Virus record (IMG/VR): IMGVR_UViG_3300042342_000302 | Location: 1 to 46,500 of that record | Direction: 5' to 3' (one strand) | Source: a virus | Taxonomy: Duplodnaviria > Caudoviricetes | Length of the DNA stretch: 46,500 nt | In this document: in pieces, positions 18,286-27,905 of the stretch | How positions within the stretch are numbered: position 1 is the first letter of the stretch | Layout of the letters: each line of letters begins with the position of its first letter | Made by a program: the position numbers and the translations under genes | Notes under the pieces: model-generated | What the model was told of the DNA's origin: nothing | What the model saw: the letters and a program-made list of their open reading frames with translations, nothing else | Database searches by the model: none

Positions 18286-19464
18286 TTATTTATTGTTATA
18301 AAATTTAGAGTCGTCAATTTCGTTGTAAGAATAGTCTACGGTTATTCTCTCTTCTAAGAACTTCTCTTTAACCACACCTATCTTACGATCTTCTATAGTT
18401 ACTGTACCAACTCCATCGTATGCTTCTAATTCTATTTCGTCGTATTGATCGCATGCCGCTTTGTAACTAAAGAAAGGACCAAACATTACACTATAGTCTG
18501 CTGCATCGAATCCATCTAATAAGAATGATTCTCCGTACCCATCTTTGTACTTCATGTAGTATGGTGATTGAGTAACGAACCATACGTTAGGAGATTTGCC
18601 ATCACCGATAATTTCACTAGCCAAATCTTTAGCTAATTTTGCAGTTGCATTTTTATATTCAGCTAAAGCATCTTTCTCTTCTACTTTAGTAGCTTCTACT
18701 TTAGGCGTATTTAAGATGCCAAACAATAAAACGTATTCTCTGATCTTAGTTACAATTTCGTCTCTCGTCATACCTTTATAACTTTTATAAACAATATTAT
18801 ATGGTGCATTAGGAGTGTTTGTTTCTACTCCAGTTGCAACGTCTAAAGTCCATGTGATACGCTCTGTTTCGTACATATAACCTAATGCACTGTTAACATG
18901 ACCGCTATCTAACCATGCTGGAATGTGACATATTACTTTCCACAATCCACGCTCAGGATTTTTAACGAATCCTAAATGTCTTAAGTAAGTACGGTAAGTA
19001 TTGCTACGATAAAATAATTGCTTGTTGTATTTTTTCCACCAAGTTGGTTGTTCGATACCGTTCATTGCTGCGTGAAATTCTTTAGTAGTGAATGTGTCGC
19101 CTATGTTCTTAGAATTAATAAATGACTTAACTGATTGAAACAGGTTTGACTTTGGTGGAGCGTTCATAGTATCTAATGCTTCTACTAAAGTGTCTTGAGC
19201 TACGAAGGTATCTTTTAGGTTCATACCACCGATATGCCATTCGATTGTTTCTTTATCTGTATAACGACGATACTCTTTCCAATCGTAAACACTAAATACA
19301 GTGCCGTCTTCTAATTCCAATTCCCACTCGTTTTGTACCTTATCGTGGTGGTCACCGCTATGGTTTGGCGCACCTAAGATAATTTGTAGATCTGCTAACG
19401 TAGCACTAATTGTAGCACCATGAAATGAAGTACCGTCCAACGATTTGTTTGTTTTCTTTATCAT
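18286..19464 (-). CDS. multi-domain hypothetical protein
   Basis: 392-aa ORF; N-terminal GTSFHG...DKV..EW...YDWK...EWHIGG module. Confidence 0.85.
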   Translation of the reverse strand: MIKKTNKSLDGTSFHGATISATLADLQIILGAPNHSGDHHDKVQNEWELELEDGTVFSVYDWKEYRRYTDKETIEWHIGGMNLKDTFVAQDTLVEALDTMNAPPKSNLFQSVKSFINSKNIGDTFTTKEFHAAMNGIEQPTWWKKYNKQLFYRSNTYRTYLRHLGFVKNPERGLWKVICHIPAWLDSGHVNSALGYMYETERITWTLDVATGVETNTPNAPYNIVYKSYKGMTRDEIVTKIREYVLLFGILNTPKVEATKVEEKDALAEYKNATAKLAKDLASEIIGDGKSPNVWFVTQSPYYMKYKDGYGESFLLDGFDAADYSVMFGPFFSYKAACDQYDEIELEAYDGVGTVTIEDRKIGVVKEKFLEERITVDYSYNEIDDSKFYNNK

Positions 19465-19568
19465 AACTTATTTTTTGTTTTAATGTCTGTAAATTTAATG
19501 TCTGTGTCGGTTAAGTTTAATGTGTGACCGATATACACAATTGATAGGAATAGTATTACTGATATCAT
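19461..19568 (-). CDS. short hydrophobic peptide
   Basis: MISVILFLSIVYIG...; ATGA overlap with downstream gene. Confidence 0.45.
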   Translation of the reverse strand: MISVILFLSIVYIGHTLNLTDTDIKFTDIKTKNKL

Positions 19569-19573
19569 ATTAA

Positions 19574-19891
19574 TTAGTTTAATGAAGGCATTACTGAATA
19601 TTCTATGTCTGTGTTGTGCCACTTTTTCATGTACCTTTGCCATGACATTTCACCTTTATCTATTTTAATTTGATCTAGTTCCATATTGTGAGGTATGCCT
19701 GCGATAAAGTCTTGATTATCTAAGAATTCAAAATTAACGTGGCAATCTGGAAAAGACTCACTAAGTGCTTTATGATTCAACTGCATGTTTTTCCACATAA
19801 GCTCTTTGTCATAATCTTCAAATACTACAACCTCGTGGTCAGTAACGATCTCTTTTGTAAGCGCATTTTTAATGTAAATTCTAACTTTCAT
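19574..19891 (-). CDS. hypothetical protein, first gene after a promoter cassette
   Basis: start re-assigned to MKVRIYIK (ATAATAGTTATG leader). Confidence 0.75.
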   Translation of the reverse strand: MKVRIYIKNALTKEIVTDHEVVVFEDYDKELMWKNMQLNHKALSESFPDCHVNFEFLDNQDFIAGIPHNMELDQIKIDKGEMSWQRYMKKWHNTDIEYSVMPSLN

Positions 19892-19914
19892 AACTATTAT
19901 TGTTTGATATAAGG

Positions 19915-20080
19915 TAAAATTACACAATTCTGGCTATCTAGAGCTGTTTTATTGAACTATTTTCGAAACTTCTTCATAGATAACCAATCAGTTATGTATC
20001 TGTTTTTTAGTAATATGAGGAGTTTTCATAACGCGTTGATTACCAATAGGTTAGAACACTATGAAAACCAATCAGTTATG
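19915..20080 (-). promoter_or_regulatory. promoter with three operator-like repeats
   Basis: TAATTTTACC at about 19913-19922; motif copies at 19970-19996, 20027-20048, 20061-20080. Confidence 0.65.
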
Positions 20081-20116
20081 AATGGTCTTAAATTATATGT
20101 GTAAAGCGTTGGGAAA

Positions 20117-20797
20117 TTACTTGTAGTCTATGATATCGTCTACATTTAGGTTACCTTTATCGTCGTAGCCTATTCTTTGTAAGTGTTCTAAATAGAATGG
20201 ATCTAAGTCGTAGAACTTCGTATTATTCTCTTCTAATACATCTTCATCGTGTATGTACTTGGACTCTATGTTTCTCGTTATACGATCGCTGAATGGATCC
20301 ACTGCGAATAAGAAACTGCAGTTATAGCACAACCATCTCAAGTTCTCCAATCTCCAATCAGATTTGTTACCATTAGAGAAGTTAATCAATAACGGTACCT
20401 TCATATCTAATATGCGTTTCTCTTTGTATCCACACTCAGCACAACAATAACCTAATCTACCATCTTTCATCAATAGATCTTTGAGCTTTGCTATTCTTTG
20501 GGGATTTGCCACTTGTTTATCAGTAAGCATCTCGTCCAAGTCCTTCTTAAAATTACTGCCTTGAAAATTTTTAGGTATACCTTTAGCAGATTGATTCATG
20601 TGCAAATCGAATAAGGTTTTACCTGTATCACGATCTATATACTTACTCGCGTATTTCTTGTACGTAATATAAGTGATCTTCATCCATCTTGCAGCTTCGT
20701 GGTTACTACGCGTATTGTTGATTGCTTCCCATATCTGATCTTCTGTGATCTGGAGACCTTGGTATATAAATTGAGGTTTATCTTTATTCTCTTCCAT
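20117..20797 (-). CDS. HNH-fold zinc-finger protein with N-terminal HTH-like region, catalytic His apparently lost
   Basis: CAECG...LLINFSNGNKSDWRLENLRWLCYNC. Confidence 0.75.
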   Translation of the reverse strand: MEENKDKPQFIYQGLQITEDQIWEAINNTRSNHEAARWMKITYITYKKYASKYIDRDTGKTLFDLHMNQSAKGIPKNFQGSNFKKDLDEMLTDKQVANPQRIAKLKDLLMKDGRLGYCCAECGYKEKRILDMKVPLLINFSNGNKSDWRLENLRWLCYNCSFLFAVDPFSDRITRNIESKYIHDEDVLEENNTKFYDLDPFYLEHLQRIGYDDKGNLNVDDIIDYK

Positions 20798-21204
20798 TAC
20801 TCCTGTATTTTTGGGTTAATCGATATGATTAAACTCCAAAGATCGTAAGCCGTTTCTAATATTATTTCTTGACCACTTTGATCTATTAAAGGATTCAATG
20901 TACCGTCTGGATTCTTTCTATCGTAAAGGTAGAATGCCATTATTTCTGAGCATGATTCTCCGAAGTGTAAGTAGTACATTAGATCTATGATCGATAAAAA
21001 CTTCTCGTCGTATTTAAACATATCCACATCCATGTCTGCATACATTAGCGCTTGTCTTACTGTTATCTCTTCCATTGAGTTTATCATTTGAACAAACATC
21101 TCTTTCTTCTTATCCAACTCGGTTCTCTTCTTTCTTCTAACGTAAGACTTAACATTCAATATTCCATCTACCGCGGTTTGTATCTCTTTGAAATCTTCTG
21201 CCAT
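20797..21204 (-). CDS. hypothetical protein
   Basis: TAATG coupling. Confidence 0.8.
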   Translation of the reverse strand: MAEDFKEIQTAVDGILNVKSYVRRKKRTELDKKKEMFVQMINSMEEITVRQALMYADMDVDMFKYDEKFLSIIDLMYYLHFGESCSEIMAFYLYDRKNPDGTLNPLIDQSGQEIILETAYDLWSLIISINPKIQE

Positions 21205-21206
21205 TG

Positions 21207-21575
21207 TTATAGTTTTTGTTTGGCGATTACCTTTTTTGGTTTCTTCTTTATCTTTTCTACTAATTTGGTAATCTTATTACAAGATTCGTAATCTTCCTCT
21301 TCTATATAAAATAGGATACAAGTCTCTAGCGCTTGAATCCATTGATTCTTGTGTAGTTCTATATAACAATTTGAATCATTAATCTCGAATATAGAAGCAA
21401 AGGTTTTATTATTTTCTATAGCGTATTCTATAGAAGCTGGAACTTCTTTCTTTATCAGAGTCTTTAGTATCTCTGAACTTTGTATATCATGTGCTTTTAG
21501 AATGTCTATGTTTTCAAAGACTGCACGAGGAGGTCGGTTGTTTTTCATAACGATTATTGTTCTTTTATTCTCCAC
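21207..21575 (-). CDS. hypothetical protein with UVR-like C-terminal helix pair
   Basis: IEEEDYESCNKITKL. Confidence 0.75.
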   Translation of the reverse strand: MENKRTIIVMKNNRPPRAVFENIDILKAHDIQSSEILKTLIKKEVPASIEYAIENNKTFASIFEINDSNCYIELHKNQWIQALETCILFYIEEEDYESCNKITKLVEKIKKKPKKVIAKQKL

Positions 21576-21891
21576 CTTTGAAAGCCTTCATAATCATGTC
21601 TGATATAGAAGTCAAAGGTATTGTGAAGCCAATCACATTCTTATATGCATTTCGATCATCGTAAGCAATGGAAATACCAGCATCTCCCAATCTCTTTTGT
21701 AGGGCCACAGATATCTTATTTGCCAACTCTTGCTTAGCTCTTGGATCTTGAATTTCTTGACTCAATATGAATTGCATTTTAATACCCATCTTTGTGGTGT
21801 TATCGTTCACATCGAATTGTATATTAAATGGCATCTTCTTGCCGTCTATTGTCAAACTTACTGGATATCTAGGTTGTTGTGAAAGTGCCAT
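21565..21891 (-). CDS. hypothetical protein
   Basis: preceded by ATATTTAT (21907-21914). Confidence 0.8.
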   Translation of the reverse strand: MALSQQPRYPVSLTIDGKKMPFNIQFDVNDNTTKMGIKMQFILSQEIQDPRAKQELANKISVALQKRLGDAGISIAYDDRNAYKNVIGFTIPLTSISDMIMKAFKGGE

Positions 21892-21914
21892 TGTGTCTTT
21901 TATCTTATAAATAT

Positions 21915-23090
21915 TTAGAATACGTTCTTGATGAATGTTCCCATCATTTTGTCTGTGTGATCTACCATTTGCAATACGTCGATCTTAAGTCCATTGTATT
22001 CGTACGTACCTACTGCATCCACTGATTCTCTAATGATAACCTGTATATTAGGAACAATGTTTAGATCCACGTTCTCTTTTGCATCAAAGTAGATAAGTAT
22101 ATCGTTCTGCTTTGGTTCTTCTATAGGACGCACCCGAGCTTCAAGGATTAGATCTGTCTTAGGTTGCTCATATTCTATATAGTCAGCAATTAGAGACTGA
22201 TCTACGTATATGTTATTGAACCAGGGCTCTAACGATAGTAATAGGTTTGCGTCGCAATTCTCTACAACTATTCCTATATCGTACCTCGGTTTTAGTATTG
22301 GTCTTTGATATTCGTCATTCTCAATCCAACTACCCCACTTTCTAATATAATTTCTTGCTGCTTTTGCTGATGCATTCTTAAAGTAATCATCGTCTTTACC
22401 AATCTCTTCTGTCCATCTGTGTCCTCTACAAGTTAAGTGGTATACGAATGCGTCTCTTGACTGGATTAGTTCGTATCCGTGTAGTATCCATCTTTGGAAT
22501 ATGTCCGAGTCTTCGTAAGGGAATGGAGCAAATAATGCATCGTGACCTCCCATTGCAACGAAGTCTTCTTTGTATATGATCCAAGGAGCAAACATACCAT
22601 TTGTTGTTTCGTTTGCAAAAGTTGCTTGAGAATCGTAGGCAAATATTTCAAATGCATCTATATCTAAATTATCGAAGTCGGTACCAAAATCTTTAATGAT
22701 CTTCTCTTTACCTGCTGGGTGTAGAGGAGGTTCTACTCTTGTTGCACACACTACAGTTTCTTTTTGTAGGTGCTTTAACAAGTTCTCTAGATAATATGGA
22801 CCTAAGATCATGTCTGCGTGCATTATACCTACCACTTCTGTCTGTGCTAACTCAATTCCTTTATCATATAGTATTGTATGACCAACTCTTTTATCAGATC
22901 TGTATACAGCGGTAATATTATCATCGCTAATTCCAGCCAACCATTCTGTTGTACCGTCGGTAGATCCATCGTCTAACATAACGATCTTGCAGTCTTTAGC
23001 GCACCTCTTAATACTGTAGTATGCGTTTTTTAAGTGTCTTAAATTATTGCTAGATGGTATGACTAGCGTTACGTCTTCTTGTCTTAGCAT
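21915..23090 (-). CDS. glycosyltransferase family 2
   Basis: LVIPS, DDGSTDGT, HADM, EDSD, YHLTCRG. Confidence 0.92.
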   Translation of the reverse strand: MLRQEDVTLVIPSSNNLRHLKNAYYSIKRCAKDCKIVMLDDGSTDGTTEWLAGISDDNITAVYRSDKRVGHTILYDKGIELAQTEVVGIMHADMILGPYYLENLLKHLQKETVVCATRVEPPLHPAGKEKIIKDFGTDFDNLDIDAFEIFAYDSQATFANETTNGMFAPWIIYKEDFVAMGGHDALFAPFPYEDSDIFQRWILHGYELIQSRDAFVYHLTCRGHRWTEEIGKDDDYFKNASAKAARNYIRKWGSWIENDEYQRPILKPRYDIGIVVENCDANLLLSLEPWFNNIYVDQSLIADYIEYEQPKTDLILEARVRPIEEPKQNDILIYFDAKENVDLNIVPNIQVIIRESVDAVGTYEYNGLKIDVLQMVDHTDKMMGTFIKNVF

Positions 23091-24232
23091 AGTTTTAAAT
23101 TTGGTCTTTTCTCTTCTACTTTATTTACTTTTAATTTGAATATACCCAACTCATAATCTCCAGGCTCTGGTACATCGTAAGTTAGTATGTCTGGTAATGT
23201 TTGCACTAGTTGCATTATTGAATTGGAATCTAATATTAAATCATTATAATCCACTGAAACTATGATATCGTTAGTAAGTTCATCAACGTATTTTGATTTT
23301 ATATCAAAAGAACTTAAGTGGCTCATAGTATCTATATACGCTTTAGATATAGCTTCTTCTCCTAATTTTATATTATTGAAGTAAGGTTCTAATTGATTTA
23401 ATGTAGTTGCCATCTTATTACAGTTCTTAACTTCAAAGCCAATATCGTACTTAACATTGGGTATTGGTTCTAATGTGTCTGTTTGCTTTAAGAATCCTCC
23501 CCACTTACGAATGTACTCGTTCATTGAAATGCTGTTATTTATTTGCCATGCTTCATCTCTCTTCTGAAAGTCTTCCATCTTTTCTGCGTGAGCAAACTGT
23601 CCGCCTCTACAAGTCAAATGATATACCATTGCAGACCACGATTGAATCAAATCGTATCCATGTAATTTAAACCTTCTGAATAGATCCGCGTCTTCGAATA
23701 CAGATCTGAATACTGGATCGTGACCTAAATGTTGGTCCTTTCTAATTAGCCATGGAGCAAAGATACTTTTGGTTATCTTATCGCTTTTGTTAGCTTCAAC
23801 GAACCAGTTAAACTCTTCGATCTTCAAATCTTCTGGCCACATGCCAAAATCCTGTACTATCTTCTCTATTCCTTGCGGGTGTAGTGGCGGTTCTATTCGA
23901 GTAGCGCAAACGATGTTGTCTTTTGTTTTGATATCCATCATGTGTTTGTCTGCATGAGGACCAAGAATCATATCAGCGTGAAATGCTATTACGTATTCTC
24001 TATCAGCCCATTGAAACATGCTATCGTAAGCGAAACCAATTCCTCTTGGAGTCTCTTCGTGGTTTTGAATAAACTTAATACCGTTCTCTCTCAACCATTC
24101 TACAGTTCCATCTGTGTCTTGATCTACGTACACAATGATTTGATTCGGGTAGTAAGAATTATCTTGAATAGATTTGATACATGGTTTTAAGTATCGTAAA
24201 TTATTCTTGCTTGGTATGCAGAATGTTATCAT
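23084..24232 (-). CDS. glycosyltransferase family 2 (tandem paralogue of 21915..23090)
   Basis: FCIPS, DTDGT, HADM, ATRIEPPLHP, EDAD, YHLTCRG. Confidence 0.92.
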   Translation of the reverse strand: MITFCIPSKNNLRYLKPCIKSIQDNSYYPNQIIVYVDQDTDGTVEWLRENGIKFIQNHEETPRGIGFAYDSMFQWADREYVIAFHADMILGPHADKHMMDIKTKDNIVCATRIEPPLHPQGIEKIVQDFGMWPEDLKIEEFNWFVEANKSDKITKSIFAPWLIRKDQHLGHDPVFRSVFEDADLFRRFKLHGYDLIQSWSAMVYHLTCRGGQFAHAEKMEDFQKRDEAWQINNSISMNEYIRKWGGFLKQTDTLEPIPNVKYDIGFEVKNCNKMATTLNQLEPYFNNIKLGEEAISKAYIDTMSHLSSFDIKSKYVDELTNDIIVSVDYNDLILDSNSIMQLVQTLPDILTYDVPEPGDYELGIFKLKVNKVEEKRPNLKLC

Positions 24233-25092
24233 TTAAAAAACTGTTTATATTTTTCTCTATTATCTAAAAGGTATTTTGGTAATTGTGATTCATCTATCCA
24301 AAAATTAAAATGTGTTCTACCTAAAACGTCTTGATTATTATCCAATAGATCTTTAACTCTGTCTTTAACAGAATCGTTATTGTATTCTTGGTGACCGTAA
24401 GATTCTAGCTTAAGTTTAATTTGATCTGGTCCACCCATGAATGTAAAGTGCCAACCTCCGTTATTAACGTATTCATATTTAGTTTTAGATGGAGTTCTAA
24501 GATGGTTTAAGCATGCACCATCTATGTTTCTATATCTAGTTAATAGAGTACCAGCCCAATCTTCTGAAGATCTGACATTGATATGACCTGAATACGCGAG
24601 CTGTTTTAATTTATAGATCTTATCGTTTTCTATTTGTGTATAGTCCAATTCTGGATTCCATATCTCGTCTAAGTCGGTTACAAATATAAGATCGTCATTC
24701 TCTGCGTTTGCATTTTCAATAGCAAATCGTATCATTTCCTTTTGATAGAATTCTTTTAGCCAATGTAATTCCCCTTTAGGTACATTAGAAGTAGTTAATG
24801 CTTGAATACAAACATCTTTAATATCCCTATCTGTATTAGGATCTAATATACGTTGCTGTAAATCTTCAAACGATTTTGGTGGATCGTAAGTTACGTGGTG
24901 GTATATCTTGTGTAAATACTTTGAAAACCTTTCTTTATTATCTTGAAAGTATAATGGCTTTTGTTTACCTGAAAAAGTCTCTACGCATTCTATCAATACG
25001 AATTGATCTACGTATGGATCTAGCATCTCTAGTCTTAATTCTAATAGATCTAATTCATTAAAGAATGTGAATACATCAAATACTCTAGCCAT
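24229..25092 (-). CDS. glycosyltransferase family 17 (beta-1,4-GlcNAc-transferase-like)
   Basis: FTFFNELDLLELRL, TFSG..KPL, DLDEI, GGWHFTF, SYGHQE. Confidence 0.88.
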   Translation of the reverse strand: MARVFDVFTFFNELDLLELRLEMLDPYVDQFVLIECVETFSGKQKPLYFQDNKERFSKYLHKIYHHVTYDPPKSFEDLQQRILDPNTDRDIKDVCIQALTTSNVPKGELHWLKEFYQKEMIRFAIENANAENDDLIFVTDLDEIWNPELDYTQIENDKIYKLKQLAYSGHINVRSSEDWAGTLLTRYRNIDGACLNHLRTPSKTKYEYVNNGGWHFTFMGGPDQIKLKLESYGHQEYNNDSVKDRVKDLLDNNQDVLGRTHFNFWIDESQLPKYLLDNREKYKQFFK

Positions 25093-25978
25093 ATATCTTG
25101 CTTTCTTTTTTATATAATTCAAATTCTCTTACTACATCTGTATAAGATTGTAGTTGACCTTGTCTATCCATGTATGTAAACTTACGAGATACATTGTAAC
25201 CACACGACCAATATCCATCAGATACGTTATGTCTACACCAATACTTCGGTGCTATGATTAGATGAGCATCACTGCAAAATGCTGGGAAATAAGCAAAGCT
25301 TGAATTTGATATGATTAACCACTTAGCATTCTTAACAATAGAATAGTCTTTAGCTAAATCAAAGTGATATACATTGTCTGCTAATTCAGGTAATAATCTC
25401 TTCGCCATATCAGGATTCTCTGTTATGATTAAGAACTGCATATTAGGATTCAAACTAAGCATGTGATAGATCGCTCTAACCCAATAATCTCTTGATAAGA
25501 ATAGAGTTTTATCTGCTTCGTAGTCTCTGATATTCAATACGCATATATCATCGCTTCTAAAATCTGTGCAATCAAATTCTGGTTTTACTTTTAACCAATT
25601 TTTAATCTCTTCTCTATAATTCCAAAAATAGTCTTCATCTTGCATGATACCCATGATTCTAGTATCGTCAGCTACGTTCAATAAATCTTGATCTATTAAT
25701 CTTATATCGCAACCGTGAGTACGATCATGTTCTGAATGATCTAGCTTTATTCTTGTTTCTTTTTCTGTGTACATGTTATACTCGTGCTCAGGTACTTGTA
25801 TACCCAAATCTATGTCCATAAAGTACACGCCTTTATCGTTGTATCTTCTATCTCCAAAGTTTTCTAATCCGGTATAACCGAACTCATACCCATTACGTTT
25901 AGCTATCGCTCTAGTAGTTACGTAGACTGCAAGTTGGTTACCGAAACCTTGACCATACATGAATTGAGTGTATATCAT
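25085..25978 (-). CDS. glycosyltransferase family 11-like
   Basis: GQGFGNQL, IISNSSF, IIAPKYW; the usual HxRxGD reads NIRDYE. Confidence 0.8.
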   Translation of the reverse strand: MIYTQFMYGQGFGNQLAVYVTTRAIAKRNGYEFGYTGLENFGDRRYNDKGVYFMDIDLGIQVPEHEYNMYTEKETRIKLDHSEHDRTHGCDIRLIDQDLLNVADDTRIMGIMQDEDYFWNYREEIKNWLKVKPEFDCTDFRSDDICVLNIRDYEADKTLFLSRDYWVRAIYHMLSLNPNMQFLIITENPDMAKRLLPELADNVYHFDLAKDYSIVKNAKWLIISNSSFAYFPAFCSDAHLIIAPKYWCRHNVSDGYWSCGYNVSRKFTYMDRQGQLQSYTDVVREFELYKKESKIYG

Positions 25979-25987
25979 ATTACTTAT

Positions 25988-26665
25988 CTAGTGATTTAGG
26001 TAAGAATTTAATTTTGTGAAATGCTCTTCCCATATTTCTGGGAAGTGAGAGAATCCAAAGCTTACATCTTTTCTCACGTCTCCATAAGTTTCATCTTGAT
26101 TATTTCCGGTAAGTTCGTATCTATCGTGATAAATAACTATAGATTCTTTTTTATCTATTAAATTCAATCTTTTACCTAAAACATCTATCCATGAATCGCA
26201 GCTTGGATGATGAGAAAATTCTCCAGTTATTTCAACCCATTTTTTTGGAAGTATAGGGAATAAAACTCCCTTATTCATCCAAAAATCTTCCATGTTTTCT
26301 ACTTTAGGACTTATAACACAAAACTTTTCGTGATGTTTTAATATTTCTAAATCCCAATCCTGACTTTTCATAATTGCATCGTCGTTCCATAAAAATAAAG
26401 AAGTACCGCTAGCTTTAGTGCATAAATCATTTATATATAAATTTAACCCCCTATATCCGTATCTTTCATAACAGAAAGACTTTACATTTGGTCTTTGTAT
26501 TGAATATTCTTTTATTTTTTCAATAGTTTCTATGTCATCATTATCTAACGCAACTAATACTTCAAAATTATCTATATTGTTGCAAGTATTAAAAAGAGAA
26601 TCCACAGATTTACTAAACATTTCGTATCTTTTTCTAGTAGGTATCAATACACTTACTTTTTTCAT
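25988..26665 (-). CDS. glycosyltransferase family 2-like
   Basis: VSVLIPTRKR, DNDD, WNDD, QDWD, CDSW. Confidence 0.82.
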   Translation of the reverse strand: MKKVSVLIPTRKRYEMFSKSVDSLFNTCNNIDNFEVLVALDNDDIETIEKIKEYSIQRPNVKSFCYERYGYRGLNLYINDLCTKASGTSLFLWNDDAIMKSQDWDLEILKHHEKFCVISPKVENMEDFWMNKGVLFPILPKKWVEITGEFSHHPSCDSWIDVLGKRLNLIDKKESIVIYHDRYELTGNNQDETYGDVRKDVSFGFSHFPEIWEEHFTKLNSYLNH

Positions 26666-26675
26666 TTTTTATTTT

Positions 26676-27905
26676 TTATTTTATAGTATAAGAAACCAAT
26701 TCGAATTTTGGACATGGAACAATAAATGTACCACCATTCGCTAAAAACTCGTTTTCTCTAGATACAAATTCGTTTATGAAGTGCCATGGAAGAACTAATA
26801 AGTAGTCAGGCTTTTCTTTTCTCATGTGATCTTCCGAATAAATAGGTATATTAGTTCCCACAGTTTTTAATCCCCACTTATAAGTGCTTTTATCAGCTAT
26901 GCCATCTATTAATGTGCTATCTAAATTAAAGTATTGTAATAGCGTATTGCCTTTCGTAGAGGCTCCATAAGCCCAGATTTTCTTGCCTTCAGATTTTTTA
27001 TCTTTTATAAATTCATAAACTTGACTCTTTAAGTTTTCTATTTTAGAAAAGAATGCATTCCAAGTTTCCTGGCTATTTAAGTTTAAAGATTTTTCGTATT
27101 CTAAAATAGAATCAACTCTGTAATTTGAAACATCTCTGTACTGTTGAGTTCCAATATTCTTCATGTTATTATTTTGCGAAGTGGCGTACACTCTAAAAGA
27201 TCCGCCATTAACATCGTTTAATTCGCAATTAAATACTTTAAAGCCGCTATCTTCTAGCAATTTTTTGATATTAAATAGTGAATAATACCAAATATGTTCG
27301 TGACATATGTTATCGAAAGCCAATTGATTTATCATCAAAGGTGTATAACTCATCTGTAATACAAAAACGCCGTCCTCTTCCAATATACTGTGAACTTCCT
27401 GTAAGAATTTTTTAGGATCTTCTAAATCGTAAAACATGGCAATACATGTGATAACCTTTGCTTTATATTCTCCAAATTTAGAGTCCTTGTAAATCTTTGA
27501 ACTAAAAAAATCTTGTATGATTAAATTTGCATGTTGCTCTGCTTCTACTTTATATGTATCGTCAGCAGGATCTATACCTACTCTAATAAGATTCTTAGGT
27601 AAAAAGCTTAGCAATGTACCATCATTACTAGCAATATCAATCCACACATCATTATCCTTTAACTTTTTTATTTTGTTAACTGAATCCACTATTTCTTTTA
27701 ATTCGTTCTTCATAGTTTCATTGATACCTGATCTATACCAATATTTTCCAAACATGTCTTCCATTTTTGGAGGATTTTCTAATCTTGGAGCTTCTATGTT
27801 TTCGTCTAACACGACTTTTAACTCGTGTCTATCTAATCTTGGTGTCTCTCCATCTTTTACGAAATCTGACATGTACAAATTTCCTAGCGTTAGCAGTTGT
27901 TTCAT
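26676..27905 (-). CDS. NDP-hexose C-methyltransferase
   Basis: YWYRSG, DIASNDGTLL, FDNICHEH, GGSFR, YGASTKGNTLL, LPWHF. Confidence 0.9.
   Translation of the reverse strand: MKQLLTLGNLYMSDFVKDGETPRLDRHELKVVLDENIEAPRLENPPKMEDMFGKYWYRSGINETMKNELKEIVDSVNKIKKLKDNDVWIDIASNDGTLLSFLPKNLIRVGIDPADDTYKVEAEQHANLIIQDFFSSKIYKDSKFGEYKAKVITCIAMFYDLEDPKKFLQEVHSILEEDGVFVLQMSYTPLMINQLAFDNICHEHIWYYSLFNIKKLLEDSGFKVFNCELNDVNGGSFRVYATSQNNNMKNIGTQQYRDVSNYRVDSILEYEKSLNLNSQETWNAFFSKIENLKSQVYEFIKDKKSEGKKIWAYGASTKGNTLLQYFNLDSTLIDGIADKSTYKWGLKTVGTNIPIYSEDHMRKEKPDYLLVLPWHFINEFVSRENEFLANGGTFIVPCPKFELVSYTIK

Noticed and set aside
19478-19530. Short TTAATGT(C/G)TG repeats
   Set aside because: Only three degenerate copies within a tiny ORF; no array structure.
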